A DNA stretch of 64,000 bases from Bdellovibrionota bacterium (GCA_044360075.1 JBIKLA010000018.1:2053-66052); one strand, 5' to 3'. Shown: positions 30,119 through 39,609, counted from the stretch's first letter. The notes: generated by a model from the sequence alone, not told the origin. Numbers and translations: made by a program.

Positions 30119-30579
30119 TACAGCTCCACCGGATTCTGTTCAACAATTGCAACCGCAACGCCGCGGTAAATGAAGTTTTGCTGCCCAGGGATTAGGGTGC
30201 CCATGAAAATATTGGCCGTGTAAGACACATTAAGCACAACGGTACTACCCGGCGCCGGGGGGCAAGTGGGGGGGGTAAAGATGACGTTGGTAGCTGTGAC
30301 TGAGTTGCCAAAGATCTGCTGTCCTGCCTCATTGGCGGCGTCCCTAACCTGCGCGCAGGTATTTCCCCCGGGTGCAGTCGGCGGCAACCCAAGCGTTCTA
30401 GCCATCTGCGTGGTCGCCAGCTGCACCTGCGAAAGGTTCCACGAGATCACCATGAGCTGGATGCCGGCCATCAAGATAAAGAAAAAGGCCGGCACGACCA
30501 GGGCGCCTTCAATAAAGATAGCCCCCCGCTCTCGCCAGGGCTGGGCACGGCTGCTGTCATGTGTTCGTGGGGCTTTCAT
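30118..30579 (-). CDS. tadE: TadE-like pseudopilin
   Basis: ERG|AIFIEGALVVP prepilin motif followed by a hydrophobic helix; 1-nt overlap with the next gene. Confidence 0.85.
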   Translation of the reverse strand: MKAPRTHDSSRAQPWRERGAIFIEGALVVPAFFFILMAGIQLMVISWNLSQVQLATTQMARTLGLPPTAPGGNTCAQVRDAANEAGQQIFGNSVTATNVIFTPPTCPPAPGSTVVLNVSYTANIFMGTLIPGQQNFIYRGVAVAIVEQNPVEL

Positions 30580-30856
30580 TCTGCACTTGGTGTGACTAGG
30601 GCGCTCTCTTTAATTTCGCATATATAGGGTGTTCGCACGATCCTTTTTGATGAATAGCGGCAAGAAGACGATTCTAATAACCTGAAAATGTTGACTAAAA
30701 GAGCTTTGGGGGCGCTTTATTCCTTGCGCGGTGCTCGGTCCATCTCAGTCCCCCCCAGCCTGCCCGGGCGTTCCGCAACCCGGCGACGAGCCTCGCCTCT
30801 CCTTTTTTTCGGCGCCTCTCGGCTGGATGGCTGCTGGCCCGAGCTATAGTGATAGG

Positions 30857-30987
30857 TGGCGGTCACGTCCAATTTGAGGTACGGGTTCAAGGGTAGTTAG
30901 CTGCTTCCGTGAACCCGGTTGGCCCACGCTGGGCCTCTTCCCATGTTGAGGTCCCTAAAGTGGGGCCGGGGATCTGCGGAGAGGAGC
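30857..30987 (+). ncRNA. Candidate structured RNA (queF leader or 6S-like RNA)
   Basis: TATAGT -10 at 30845-30850. Hairpins CGGGTTCA/TGAACCCG (30882-30917) and GGCCCA-CGC-TGGGCC (30921-30935). Segment 30934-30940 is complementary to the SD region. Identity unverified. Confidence 0.25.
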
Positions 30988-31809
30988 ATGGAGACGAAGT
31001 TAATGAACGGCAATCCTCTTGGAAAAAGCACCGGCTATAGTGACGTGTTCGATCCGGCGCTCCTCTTTCCGATCGCCCGTGCGCAGTCACGCGCACAGCT
31101 CGGCATTAAGGACCCACTGCCGTTTCAGGGGCTCGATCGCTGGACCTGCTACGAGCTCTCGTGGCTTAGCGTAGAGGGGATTCCGCAGGTTGGGATCGCT
31201 TCATTTGAGTATCCCGCGTCAACGGCGAACCTGATTGAGTCGAAAAGCTTCAAGCTCTTTCTAGGGAGCATCAACTTCACCCGCTACGGCTCAACGCAAG
31301 AGGTGGCTGATGCCCTGCTTGGCCCATTGCGAGATCTCTTGGGTACTGACGAGGTGTCGATCGACATAGTTGAGCCGCGAGAGTGGGCCGGGATGCGGCT
31401 CGTCTCGCCTCCTGGCGTGTGCGTGGACTCGTCTGAGCTAAAGAGCGATGACCCCGGCCGGCTGCGCAAGGGTGAGGAGATCGTGTCCGAGGTGGTGCAC
31501 TCGCACCTCTTGCGCTCGCTGTGTCCCGTCACTTCGCAACCGGACTGGGGCACGGTCGTGATCGCCTACCGCGGCGCGAAGCTTGAGCACGCATCTCTTG
31601 TGAGCTACCTGCGTGCGCACCGAAGTCATCAGGGCTTCCACGAGGAGTGCTGCGAGCTTCTCTTTACCGATATCATGGCCGCACTCGCGCCGACCTCTTT
31701 GTGGGTTGGTTGCTTCTACACGCGTCGGGGTGGGCTCGACATCAATCCCGAGCGCTGGCTGACGGGGACGCCGCGGCTTGCGCTGGGCGGCCGGTTGGCG
31801 CGGCAGTAG
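30988..31809 (+). CDS. queF: NADPH-dependent 7-cyano-7-deazaguanine (preQ0) reductase, bimodular type
   Basis: DRWTCYELSWL, IESKSFKLFL, LRSLCPVTSQPDWG (catalytic Cys), FHEEC and YTRRGGLDINP motifs. Start at 30988 or 31003. Confidence 0.95.
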   Translation: METKLMNGNPLGKSTGYSDVFDPALLFPIARAQSRAQLGIKDPLPFQGLDRWTCYELSWLSVEGIPQVGIASFEYPASTANLIESKSFKLFLGSINFTRYGSTQEVADALLGPLRDLLGTDEVSIDIVEPREWAGMRLVSPPGVCVDSSELKSDDPGRLRKGEEIVSEVVHSHLLRSLCPVTSQPDWGTVVIAYRGAKLEHASLVSYLRAHRSHQGFHEECCELLFTDIMAALAPTSLWVGCFYTRRGGLDINPERWLTGTPRLALGGRLARQ

Positions 31810-32005
31810 GCTGTCGGTTCCTGAATATTCGGATCGTTTTGGAAGTGGCGGCGGATGAGTCCCCAGTACTGCGTCGGTATCGGGTGCGCTGGAACATTGC
31901 GCACTGGTCCAGGGCGCAGGTGAAGTGAGCGCAAAAGCAGTTTACAGGGGAGCCCTTTAGTCTTACGGTCCAAAGAGAAACAGATTACGCCAGACTTTAA
32001 TCGCC

Positions 32006-33229
32006 GTGCAGCCCTCTCAATTTGAAAATCGCCGGGACGTGAGAAATCTCGGGGCCCGCTTCTTTGATGCCGTGCGCTCGGGGGACGCCTCAAGCGAAGC
32101 CCTCTTTGAGCGCATCTCGGGGCTTTCGGGCTCGCACGCGGCGCCCCTCTCGGACGTGGCCGTCAAGCTATGTGGAGTGCGCCCCACGCCCGGAAATGCC
32201 GAAGAGGTTTTCCGCTGCCAGCTCGCCGGGGCGCGCCTTGTGACGCAGTGCGGTCTTGCTTTCGATCCGGACCTCGTCAACCGGGAGCTCGTGCCGCTGT
32301 TGGTAAAGGTGCCTGCCGTCTCTGTGAGCACGAACCCAGAAGACCTGTGTAGGCTGCGCCTTGAGCGGGTCATGGCGCTTGGCCAGCTTGCGCCGGTCAT
32401 CGAGGAGGGGCTGGTCGATCAGGCTCTCCGATCGGCGATGCTGCACGCCAAGATCCGGGGCTCGTCCCAGTCGTGCCTTTTCTTTCCGATCGCCGGGTTT
32501 GAGGATTCCTTCCGCTCCTTCTCGTTTGGCCATGACACGCAGCTGCGCAAGTATGCACGGGCGGTGTGCCTCGAGTCGATTGCGGGTATCTACGAGATGA
32601 CGGTCGACGCCATAAGCGATGCCGTGCCGGAGACCTTCTCGACGGTGCCGAAGCTTCTGCCGTGGGTGAATTCAGCCACCATAGCGCTCCTGACGCTCAT
32701 GCCGAGCGTGCACCGAGACAGGACGGACGAGACCGACGGCTGCATGGAGCGCATCATCGACAAGATCGACTGGCTCCTGCGCCGGCCGGCTGGATTCCCG
32801 GGCTCGTACCCGCTCTTCACGGGCGAAGAGCGTGATCGGTTTGAGGTGTCACGAAGCATGCTTTCCCTCGCAGCAGCGGTGCTCGTTGCCGGCGGTGAGT
32901 CGTACGGAGGGCACCTGGACGACCTAAAGATTCCGCGCCTTGAGGGGGCTCAGTATCTTGGAACTGCGCTCTTTGCCGAGATTCAGCGCTCGGGCGTCGA
33001 GGGCGCTGTTGAGCGGTTTACCGATATCACCGAAGTGCAGCTGCAGCGGCTTGAGGAGTCAGATGAGATGGACGGCCAGGCGATCATCGAGGTGGCGGCT
33101 TTCCAGTGGCACCTCGGCGCCGCGTCGCGCCCCGAGCTGCTTCGGCTGATGCAGACGGTCCGGCAGCCCAGCGCGCAGCTCTTCATCGCCAAGGCACTTA
33201 AGGATGACGATCCGTGGGAGCGCCGCTAG
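32006..33229 (+). CDS. Hypothetical alpha-helical protein (407 aa)
   Basis: Long ORF with typical codon usage filling the gap; no recognised motif. Start may be GTG 32039. Confidence 0.75.
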   Translation: MQPSQFENRRDVRNLGARFFDAVRSGDASSEALFERISGLSGSHAAPLSDVAVKLCGVRPTPGNAEEVFRCQLAGARLVTQCGLAFDPDLVNRELVPLLVKVPAVSVSTNPEDLCRLRLERVMALGQLAPVIEEGLVDQALRSAMLHAKIRGSSQSCLFFPIAGFEDSFRSFSFGHDTQLRKYARAVCLESIAGIYEMTVDAISDAVPETFSTVPKLLPWVNSATIALLTLMPSVHRDRTDETDGCMERIIDKIDWLLRRPAGFPGSYPLFTGEERDRFEVSRSMLSLAAAVLVAGGESYGGHLDDLKIPRLEGAQYLGTALFAEIQRSGVEGAVERFTDITEVQLQRLEESDEMDGQAIIEVAAFQWHLGAASRPELLRLMQTVRQPSAQLFIAKALKDDDPWERR

Positions 33230-33237
33230 GCAGAGGC

Positions 33238-33702
33238 TTATCTCTTATTCCCGAGAACGCGCTTCACTGACGACGCATCAGGCTTCACAAGATTGGTGCC
33301 GATGATGATCTGCGGAAGTTCGTCGGAGGCCGATACGGCCTTGGCCTGCTCGTAGAGCGCAGCGCCGTAGCTCGACGTGATATCAACCTCGTCGAATCCC
33401 ACGCCGTTTGAGTACAGATCGTTGCGCACCGCATTGCACTCAAAGCAGACCGAGCTTACGAGCATGATCGGCTCCTCAATGGGCCCCGAGAGCCCGTGCT
33501 CTTTGAAGAAGGCAGCTGCCTCCTGGTCCGAGCTAAAGAGGGGGGTCGCGGCGTGGGGCGGGATCAGGCGAATCATTCCAATGCCGAGCACGAGCGCCAC
33601 GAGGGGTATCACCGTCGCCGTTCCCTCTGCTAGCGCGTTGAGCACCCGAACGACGCGATTCTCTTGAGGCCGGGAGTGAAGCTGCATTTTCCTGGTTTCC
33701 AT
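33238..33702 (-). CDS. Membrane-anchored glutaredoxin-like (CxxC) protein
   Basis: One TM helix, then SSVCFEC, FDEVDI and LPQIIIG, the pattern of a glutaredoxin fold. Confidence 0.6.
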   Translation of the reverse strand: METRKMQLHSRPQENRVVRVLNALAEGTATVIPLVALVLGIGMIRLIPPHAATPLFSSDQEAAAFFKEHGLSGPIEEPIMLVSSVCFECNAVRNDLYSNGVGFDEVDITSSYGAALYEQAKAVSASDELPQIIIGTNLVKPDASSVKRVLGNKR

Positions 33703-33914
33703 GAGATACCCCGCACAATATGGCCACGACGTCCTTTACCCACAGATCAAGATGGACGGCAGAATGCCCGGGAAGCTTGAGGTTTTTGGCCGAAAAAGAG
33801 CCCGTTTTAGCGCCTCTTAAGGCGCTGATTTTACTTGGAGATGGTGCAGGACCCCTGACCGCTTGCGGAGCAGAGCGCGAAAAAGCACGAGGCAGAGTGC
33901 TGCTGGCCCCCTCT

Positions 33915-34907
33915 CTATGCTGCGACGGGGACCGAGCACTCCTTGATTTCGCGGAAGTGCATGCCGAGCCTGGTCATGAGCTCGTTGTCGTGATCCTCCC
34001 CGGGATTTGGGGTGGTAAGCAGCTTCTCTCCGGCGAAGATGGAGTTCGCTCCGGCCACGAAGCACAGCGCCTGCATCTCGTCGGACATCTCCATTCGCCC
34101 GGCAGAGAGCCGCACCATTGAGCGCGGCATCATGAGGCGGGCAGTGGCAACAAGGCGCACGAAAGCCAGCGGGTCAACCTCACCCTCCTTCGAGAGAGGC
34201 GTTCCCTCAACCTTCACCAGCATGTTGAGCGGCACGCTCTCGGGCTGCTGGGGCTGGTTTGCGAGCTGCACGAGGAGGCCGAGTCGGTCCTTAACGCCCT
34301 CTCCCATGCCGACGATTCCGCCGCAGCACACAGTCATGCCAGCGTTGCGGACGTTCTCAAGGGTACGGAGGCGATCCTCATACGTTCTCGTTGAAATGAT
34401 CTCGCCGTAGTACTCGGGTGACGTGTCGAGGTTATGATTGTAGGCGTAGCACCCGGCCTCCTTGAGGCGTTGGGCCTGCGACTCTGTGAGCATGCCGAGG
34501 GTGCAGCACACCTCAAGCCCTATGCTCTTCACTTCCTTCACCAGGCCAAGGATGGCGTCGAAATCCTTGCCGTCCTTGACCTCGCGCCACGCCGCGCCCA
34601 TGCAGAAGCGGGTCGAGCCAGACTCCTTGGCCTTTTCTGCCTTGGCGCGAACGATCTCGGGCGGGAGCACGCCGTGGCGCTCAACACCGGTCTTATAGTG
34701 GGCTGACTGCGGGCAGTACGCGCAATCCTCAGGGCAGCCCCCCGTCTTTACGGAGAGGAGAGTTGAACGCTGCACCTCAAGCGGATCGAAGTTGTTGCGG
34801 TGGGCGGATTGGGCCTTAAAGAGAAGATCCGGGAAGGGCTGCGAGTAGAGGGCCATGGCCTCGTCGGCGGTCCAGTTGCTGCGGATGTCCTGAGCGTCGT
34901 TATGCAT
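33915..34907 (-). CDS. bioB: Biotin synthase
   Basis: Radical-SAM motif [29 protein letters not shown] and [23 protein letters not shown] precedes ATG 34907. Confidence 0.97.
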   Translation of the reverse strand: MHNDAQDIRSNWTADEAMALYSQPFPDLLFKAQSAHRNNFDPLEVQRSTLLSVKTGGCPEDCAYCPQSAHYKTGVERHGVLPPEIVRAKAEKAKESGSTRFCMGAAWREVKDGKDFDAILGLVKEVKSIGLEVCCTLGMLTESQAQRLKEAGCYAYNHNLDTSPEYYGEIISTRTYEDRLRTLENVRNAGMTVCCGGIVGMGEGVKDRLGLLVQLANQPQQPESVPLNMLVKVEGTPLSKEGEVDPLAFVRLVATARLMMPRSMVRLSAGRMEMSDEMQALCFVAGANSIFAGEKLLTTPNPGEDHDNELMTRLGMHFREIKECSVPVAA

Positions 34908-34964
34908 GAAAACTCCTCGTGAAAACCGTTGGGTAATACCGTATTTCGGGGGACGGGTACAGGG

Positions 34965-34998
34965 TTGTAAGGCTTTGGTTGTTGCATGTACTTGATAT
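34965..34998. promoter_or_regulatory. Possible degenerate BirA operator upstream of bioB
   Basis: TTGTAAGGC-N16-ACTTGATAT has the 9+16+9 geometry of E. coli bioO (TTGTAAACC-N16-GGTTTACAA). One half-site matches 7/9, the other is weak. Confidence 0.3.
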
Positions 34999-35103
34999 CG
35001 TTGCGGTTGCTGGTTGTTGCCTGTGCGCATGATGGTTTCATATGCCGCTCTCGGAGCCTTTTAGATACACTAGAGGTCCGGATCTCAGGGGGCACAGAAA
35101 AAG

Positions 35104-35715
35104 ATGTCAAAGATAGAGTGGGTTCTTTTTGACCTGGGGGGCGTGCTGGTCGAGGTGGAGCAGCCCCGGATTTTTAGCGCGCTGTCGGAGGAAACCGGCT
35201 TGGCTGCGGCGGAGGTTGAGGCGCGCCTCAAGGCGGCGATCCACCTCTGGAACCCGTTCATAGAGCGGGAGTTCACCCCACGTGAGCTGGCCCAGCTCGT
35301 CAATGGTCTGCTGAGCGCCAATCTCACCGAGCAGCAGGTCGTCGAAGCCTTCAATGCCGAGCTCGGGGCGACGATTCAGCCAACCGCCGAACTCCTTCCC
35401 GGACTGCGCCACAAAACTCAGGTCGGATGCCTCTCGAACACAAATTCCATCCACTGGGATCGCCTCCTCTCGGCATACGACTTTATGGGGCACTTCGATC
35501 GGCGCTTCGCCTCGCAGATCCTGGGGTGCGCCAAGCCTAAGAGTATCGTGTACGAGAAAGTTGAGAAGCTGCTCGGCGTGCCGGCGCGCTCAATCCTCTT
35601 TTTTGATGACCGCCAAGACAACGTCGCCGCCGCCGCACGCCTGGGGTGGCACGCACGGCTCTACACCGGGCATGAGCGACTCGTAGCCGATCTCACGTCG
35701 GCATCGCTGCTCTAA
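35104..35715 (+). CDS. HAD-superfamily phosphatase (YihX-like)
   Basis: Motif I FDLGGVL, LSNTN, KP and FFDD. Confidence 0.9.
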   Translation: MSKIEWVLFDLGGVLVEVEQPRIFSALSEETGLAAAEVEARLKAAIHLWNPFIEREFTPRELAQLVNGLLSANLTEQQVVEAFNAELGATIQPTAELLPGLRHKTQVGCLSNTNSIHWDRLLSAYDFMGHFDRRFASQILGCAKPKSIVYEKVEKLLGVPARSILFFDDRQDNVAAAARLGWHARLYTGHERLVADLTSASLL

Positions 35716-35728
35716 GCACCGCACACAG

Positions 35729-36712
35729 CTATACGAGCCCCTTCTGGCGCAGGTCAGCAAATGCCTCGGCGAAGTAGGTGATAATGAGGTCGGCGCCAGC
35801 GCGCTTCATGCTTGTAAGAACCTCGACCATAACGCGGCGCTCGTCGATCCAGCCCTTCTGGGCGGCCGCCTTAATCATCGCGTACTCCCCGCTGACGTTG
35901 TATACCGCCGTCGGCATCTTGAAGCGCTCCTTTACGGCATGCAGCACGTCGAGGAACGCCAAGCCCGGCTTGACCATCACGATGTCCGCTCCCTGCTCGA
36001 TATCGAGCGCAACCTCGCGCATAGCCTCGTCGAAGTTTGCGGGATCCATCTGGTACGAGCGGCGATCGCCATACTCAGGGGCTGACTGCACGGCATCGCG
36101 GAAGGGGCCATAGAACGACGAGGCAAACTTGGCCGCGTAGCTCATGATCGGGAGGTGCGAAAATCCGGACTCGTCGAGGCCGTGGCGCAGGGCGCCTATC
36201 ATCCCGTCGAGCATGCCGCTTGGAGCAATTATGTCGGCGCCGGCTTCGGCGTGAACGAGCGCTTGCTTGACGAGGTTAGGAAGGGTCGCGTCGTTCTGCA
36301 GCTCGCCGTCCTTCATGACTCCACAGTGGCCGTGCGATGTGTACTCGCAGAAGCATAGGTCGGTGATGACGACCATCTCAGGGATAGCCTTCTTAATCGC
36401 CTTGATCGCCTGCGGAATGATTCCGTGCGGGTGCCAGGCCGATGAGCCGATCTCGTCCTTGAACTCTGGGATGGCGAAGAGGAGCACGGAGCGAACCCCG
36501 AGATCGTGCAGCCGCTGCGACTTCTTGACCGCCGTGTCGACGCTGAGCTGGTACTGGCCGGGCATTGAGGCGATCTCGCGCTCTACTTTCTCTCCTGGAA
36601 CAACAAAGAGCGGGGCGATGAGGTTCGACAACTCCACGCGGGTCTCCCGCACCATGTCACGGATAATTTCAGTGCGGCGGAGCCGGCGGGGGCGAACAGA
36701 AGGAAACGACAT
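35729..36712 (-). CDS. hemB: Porphobilinogen synthase (Zn-binding type)
   Basis: RPRRLR, DLCFCEYTSHGHCG, APSGMLDG, SSFYGPFRDA, MVKPG and YNVSGEYAMIK motifs. Confidence 0.97.
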   Translation of the reverse strand: MSFPSVRPRRLRRTEIIRDMVRETRVELSNLIAPLFVVPGEKVEREIASMPGQYQLSVDTAVKKSQRLHDLGVRSVLLFAIPEFKDEIGSSAWHPHGIIPQAIKAIKKAIPEMVVITDLCFCEYTSHGHCGVMKDGELQNDATLPNLVKQALVHAEAGADIIAPSGMLDGMIGALRHGLDESGFSHLPIMSYAAKFASSFYGPFRDAVQSAPEYGDRRSYQMDPANFDEAMREVALDIEQGADIVMVKPGLAFLDVLHAVKERFKMPTAVYNVSGEYAMIKAAAQKGWIDERRVMVEVLTSMKRAGADLIITYFAEAFADLRQKGLV

Positions 36713-36867
36713 AGCAATACCGAATAACGTTAATGGTGCGATATTACAGGGTTTAATGAGAAAAAGTAAAGGTGTGCGTCCTGCCTGTAGTCACGAAAAA
36801 AACCTTAACTATCCTTGTGTTAGTGGCATACTCCGGGCCGGACCGCGAGAAAATGCTCCCAGCCGAG

Positions 36868-36894
36868 GAAACAATTTCTGCGGACTCCCGAACA
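36868..36894 (+). promoter_or_regulatory. Sigma-28-like promoter upstream of the sigma factor gene
   Basis: GAAA-N15-CCCGAACA (compare consensus TAAA-N15-GCCGATAA), 33 nt before ATG 36928. The same -10 and spacing recur at 39617-39643. Confidence 0.55.
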
Positions 36895-36927
36895 TCTGAG
36901 TGAGTTTTGGGGAGGAGGGCGCCAAGT

Positions 36928-37737
36928 ATGCCACCGGGAAAGCGGAGCGGAGAACGGGAAGCAGCGGCGCCTGCGCGAGCCAAGAAGCCGGGCGCTTCTG
37001 GACGGGGACGGGCGCGGCGGGCGGCGGAGCGCCGAAGTCCACAGGGCGACCGCGCTCGAAACAGGCTTATCGAGCGCTACCACGGCTATGTGGGCCTTAT
37101 AGTGGCGCGCCTCGTGCGCACGATGCGGTTCCCGGCAGCGCTTCGCGATGAGTTCATGTCAGCCGGGTACCTTGGGCTCGTTGAGGCCGCGAGCCGTTTC
37201 GACCCGGGGCGCGGCCACGACTTCCGCGCCTTCGCCTTCCTCCGCATTCGCGGTGCGGTCATCGACTACATTCGGTCCTCGTGCGAGCTCTCGGGAAACA
37301 CCTACCGTGTGTTCAAGGCGCTTGAGGCGGCGCAGGAGCTGCGCGCCGAAAGCCTTGAGCATCAGCAAACGGGCTCAACGGGCCGCGAGGAGCGGGCCGC
37401 GAAGTCCTTGACGGCGCTTTCAAAGAGCCTCGTTGCCTACCGCCTCACGGCGCTCAAGCACGGCATGGTCACCATAGGCGCGGCCTCACCGGATGATCCT
37501 GAGCGGTGCCTTGAGGAGAAGCAGGGTTCCGAAAAAATCCGCGCGATCGTAGCAACATTGCCCGAGAAGGAACGAACTATCATTGAGCAGTACTACTTCC
37601 ACGACCGCAAGCTGACGGACGTGGCGGCCCAGTACGCAGGGCTCTCCAAATCGTGGGTATCGAGGCTGCATGATCGCGCGCTTGTTTTCCTTAAAGAAAA
37701 GTTCCAGCAAGAAGCGCCTGAGCTCCTCGAGCCATGA
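36928..37737 (+). CDS. fliA: FliA/WhiG-family (sigma-28-like) RNA polymerase sigma factor
   Basis: Region 2 DEFMSAGYLGLVEAASRFDPGRGHDFRAFAFLRIRGAVIDYIR and region 4 LPEKERTIIEQYY...LSKSWVSRLHDRAL. GGAGGAGG RBS precedes ATG 36928. Confidence 0.88.
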   Translation: MPPGKRSGEREAAAPARAKKPGASGRGRARRAAERRSPQGDRARNRLIERYHGYVGLIVARLVRTMRFPAALRDEFMSAGYLGLVEAASRFDPGRGHDFRAFAFLRIRGAVIDYIRSSCELSGNTYRVFKALEAAQELRAESLEHQQTGSTGREERAAKSLTALSKSLVAYRLTALKHGMVTIGAASPDDPERCLEEKQGSEKIRAIVATLPEKERTIIEQYYFHDRKLTDVAAQYAGLSKSWVSRLHDRALVFLKEKFQQEAPELLEP

Positions 37738-38548
37738 GCGCCGCCCGCAGTCCCGTTCGCGATTCGTTGTGGTCCTGATTTTCGTGGCAGCACTTGCGGC
37801 GGGGTGTGATGAGCAGATTGTGCATGACCTCTCCGAAAACGACGCCAACCGGGTTGTGAGCCGCCTCAGTGCGGCCGATCTTGGGGCGCACAAGGTCCAG
37901 CAATCGGATGGCCGCTGGGCTGTTGCTGTGCGCCAGGAAGCCATCGTCCCGGCGCTCTCGTTCCTTGAGAGCAACCGAGTGCTCATTGCGCGGCCATCGG
38001 GGGGTGCCAAGAGCGGCATCGTGCCGAGCCGCGAGGAGCAGTGGTTTCGCTACGAGCGCGCCATGGCACAGACGATTGAAGAGAGCCTCGGGGCGCTCAG
38101 TGGCGTGCTTGAGGCGCGGGTGCACCTCAACTTGCCTGAGACGGATCCCCTCTTTGGAACGAGGAAGGAGGCGGTGGGAAGCGGCTCAGTGCTGCTCCTG
38201 ATCGACTCACGGTACTCCGCCGCAAACGGGGAGGTTGCAGCGCTTGTGGCGGGAGCCGCCGGGATCCCGGTGGCTCAGGTGACGGTGCTCAAGAGTGCCG
38301 CGAGCCCGCCGCCGGTTGCTGCGCGCCCGGCAGAAAAGACATCCGAAGGCGAGGCACTGGAGGCAGCCAGCCAGCAGCCGATCGGCGCCGCCAAGCCTGC
38401 AGGGGGCTCCGGGCTCAACATGCCGGTGACGATCGGACTTGCGGCGGCCGTGGGCGTGGTGGGCGTGGTGCTGCTCTCACGGCTTAGGCAGCCGAGACGA
38501 CAGCCGTTTGCGTTCCGGAGGCTGGACCGTCACGACAACGATGAATAA
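37670..38548 (+). CDS. sctJ: Type III secretion inner-membrane ring lipoprotein SctJ (YscJ/PrgK family)
   Basis: Lipobox LAAGC, LSENDANRVVSRL, and IVPSREEQ...LSGVLEARVHLNLP, with a single C-terminal TM. Too short for flagellar FliF. Start ambiguous (see findings). Confidence 0.85.
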   Translation: MIARLFSLKKSSSKKRLSSSSHERRPQSRSRFVVVLIFVAALAAGCDEQIVHDLSENDANRVVSRLSAADLGAHKVQQSDGRWAVAVRQEAIVPALSFLESNRVLIARPSGGAKSGIVPSREEQWFRYERAMAQTIEESLGALSGVLEARVHLNLPETDPLFGTRKEAVGSGSVLLLIDSRYSAANGEVAALVAGAAGIPVAQVTVLKSAASPPPVAARPAEKTSEGEALEAASQQPIGAAKPAGGSGLNMPVTIGLAAAVGVVGVVLLSRLRQPRRQPFAFRRLDRHDNDE

Positions 38549-38557
38549 GGGGAAGGC

Positions 38558-38806
38558 ATGGCGAGTTCTCGCGGAGTGACAGGGGAGGGGGCGGCTGATG
38601 CTGCACAGCACGCTGCCGAGGTGATCTCTCCGATCAGCATGGCGTGCTTCATGGAAGGCATCCCGCTCGTTTCGGTTCCGATGACAGGTGAAGAGGGCAC
38701 GAGAGTCGCTGAGGGGCTTGCGACGCTCCAGCGAAAGCCGGCGGTCGAGGCGTATCTCTTCTGCCTGCAGCAGCTCCTCTTGGCGCACGGTGACGGGGCA
38801 TGCTGA
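38558..38806 (+). CDS. Small hypothetical protein in the T3SS operon (SctK position)
   Basis: Good RBS (AAGGGGAAGG); stop overlaps the next start. Confidence 0.65.
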   Translation: MASSRGVTGEGAADAAQHAAEVISPISMACFMEGIPLVSVPMTGEEGTRVAEGLATLQRKPAVEAYLFCLQQLLLAHGDGAC

Positions 38807-39609
38807 CGGTCCTTAACCGTGAGGAGCTGCTCCGCGATGCGGCACTGCGGCCGATGATTGAGCGCACGGTGCGTGCGCTCGCTCGGGAGCAGCGTGCGGA
38901 AATTATCTGCCGGCCGACGGTGGGCGGGTTCTCCGCGCCGTGGATCGTGCTCCTGGATGGGGCGGGCATCGGGATGGGGCTGTGGACTGACGAGCTGCTG
39001 CCGTGCGCCACGGAGCTGCGGCGTGCCATCGTTCGGGTACGGTGCGTGGCCGCCATCGTGAATGCGTTTGGGGGCGCCAGCGCTTTCCCTCTAGCGCTGT
39101 CGTCGATGCGCGAGCCCCCGGCGGAATGGCCGCGCTACAGCATCACAATCGGGGCTGATGTGTGTGTCGTCGCGTGCTCCCCCGGACTGCCGCAGACCGG
39201 GTTGTGGGAGACCCCGACGGAGTTGGCAATCCCCCGCGTGCGCGTGCCGTTGTGGTGCGAGCTTCCGCTGCTGAGCGCAACGGAGCTCTTGCTAGAGCGG
39301 GTCCCCGTGGGGATTGGGGGCAGTAACATTCAGGGATGGCTACGGTGTGCTGATGGAGGGGCAATGACGATTGAGATAGTTGAGAAGCTGCAGGAACCTG
39401 GCCCCGCGCATGCGCAGGTGCGGGTTGAGCTGGGGGTTATAGAGCTTACGCTTGAGGAGCTGCTTTCACTTCGGCCGGGAAGCGTGCTTGAGATCGGTGC
39501 GGCGCTGCCCCTGGCCTGTACCCTCTCTGTGGGGGCGACCGAGATTGTGCGCGCGATGCTTGAGCCGTCTGAGGGTGGATTTCTGCTGAGGATCGCCCCA
39601 AAAAGCTGA
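38800..39609 (+). CDS. sctQ: SctQ/FliM-FliN-like sorting-platform protein with C-terminal SpoA domain
   Basis: C-terminal VRVELGVIELTLEELLSLRPGSVLEI...GFLLRI matches the SpoA pattern; T3SS context. Confidence 0.7.
   Translation: MLTVLNREELLRDAALRPMIERTVRALAREQRAEIICRPTVGGFSAPWIVLLDGAGIGMGLWTDELLPCATELRRAIVRVRCVAAIVNAFGGASAFPLALSSMREPPAEWPRYSITIGADVCVVACSPGLPQTGLWETPTELAIPRVRVPLWCELPLLSATELLLERVPVGIGGSNIQGWLRCADGGAMTIEIVEKLQEPGPAHAQVRVELGVIELTLEELLSLRPGSVLEIGAALPLACTLSVGATEIVRAMLEPSEGGFLLRIAPKS

Noticed and set aside
30750-30920. TPP riboswitch or SRP RNA
   Set aside because: On the minus strand the CTGAGA and CCCTTGAACC elements are in the wrong order for TPP, and the SRP CAGG/GGAA-loop element is missing despite GGAAGCAGC.
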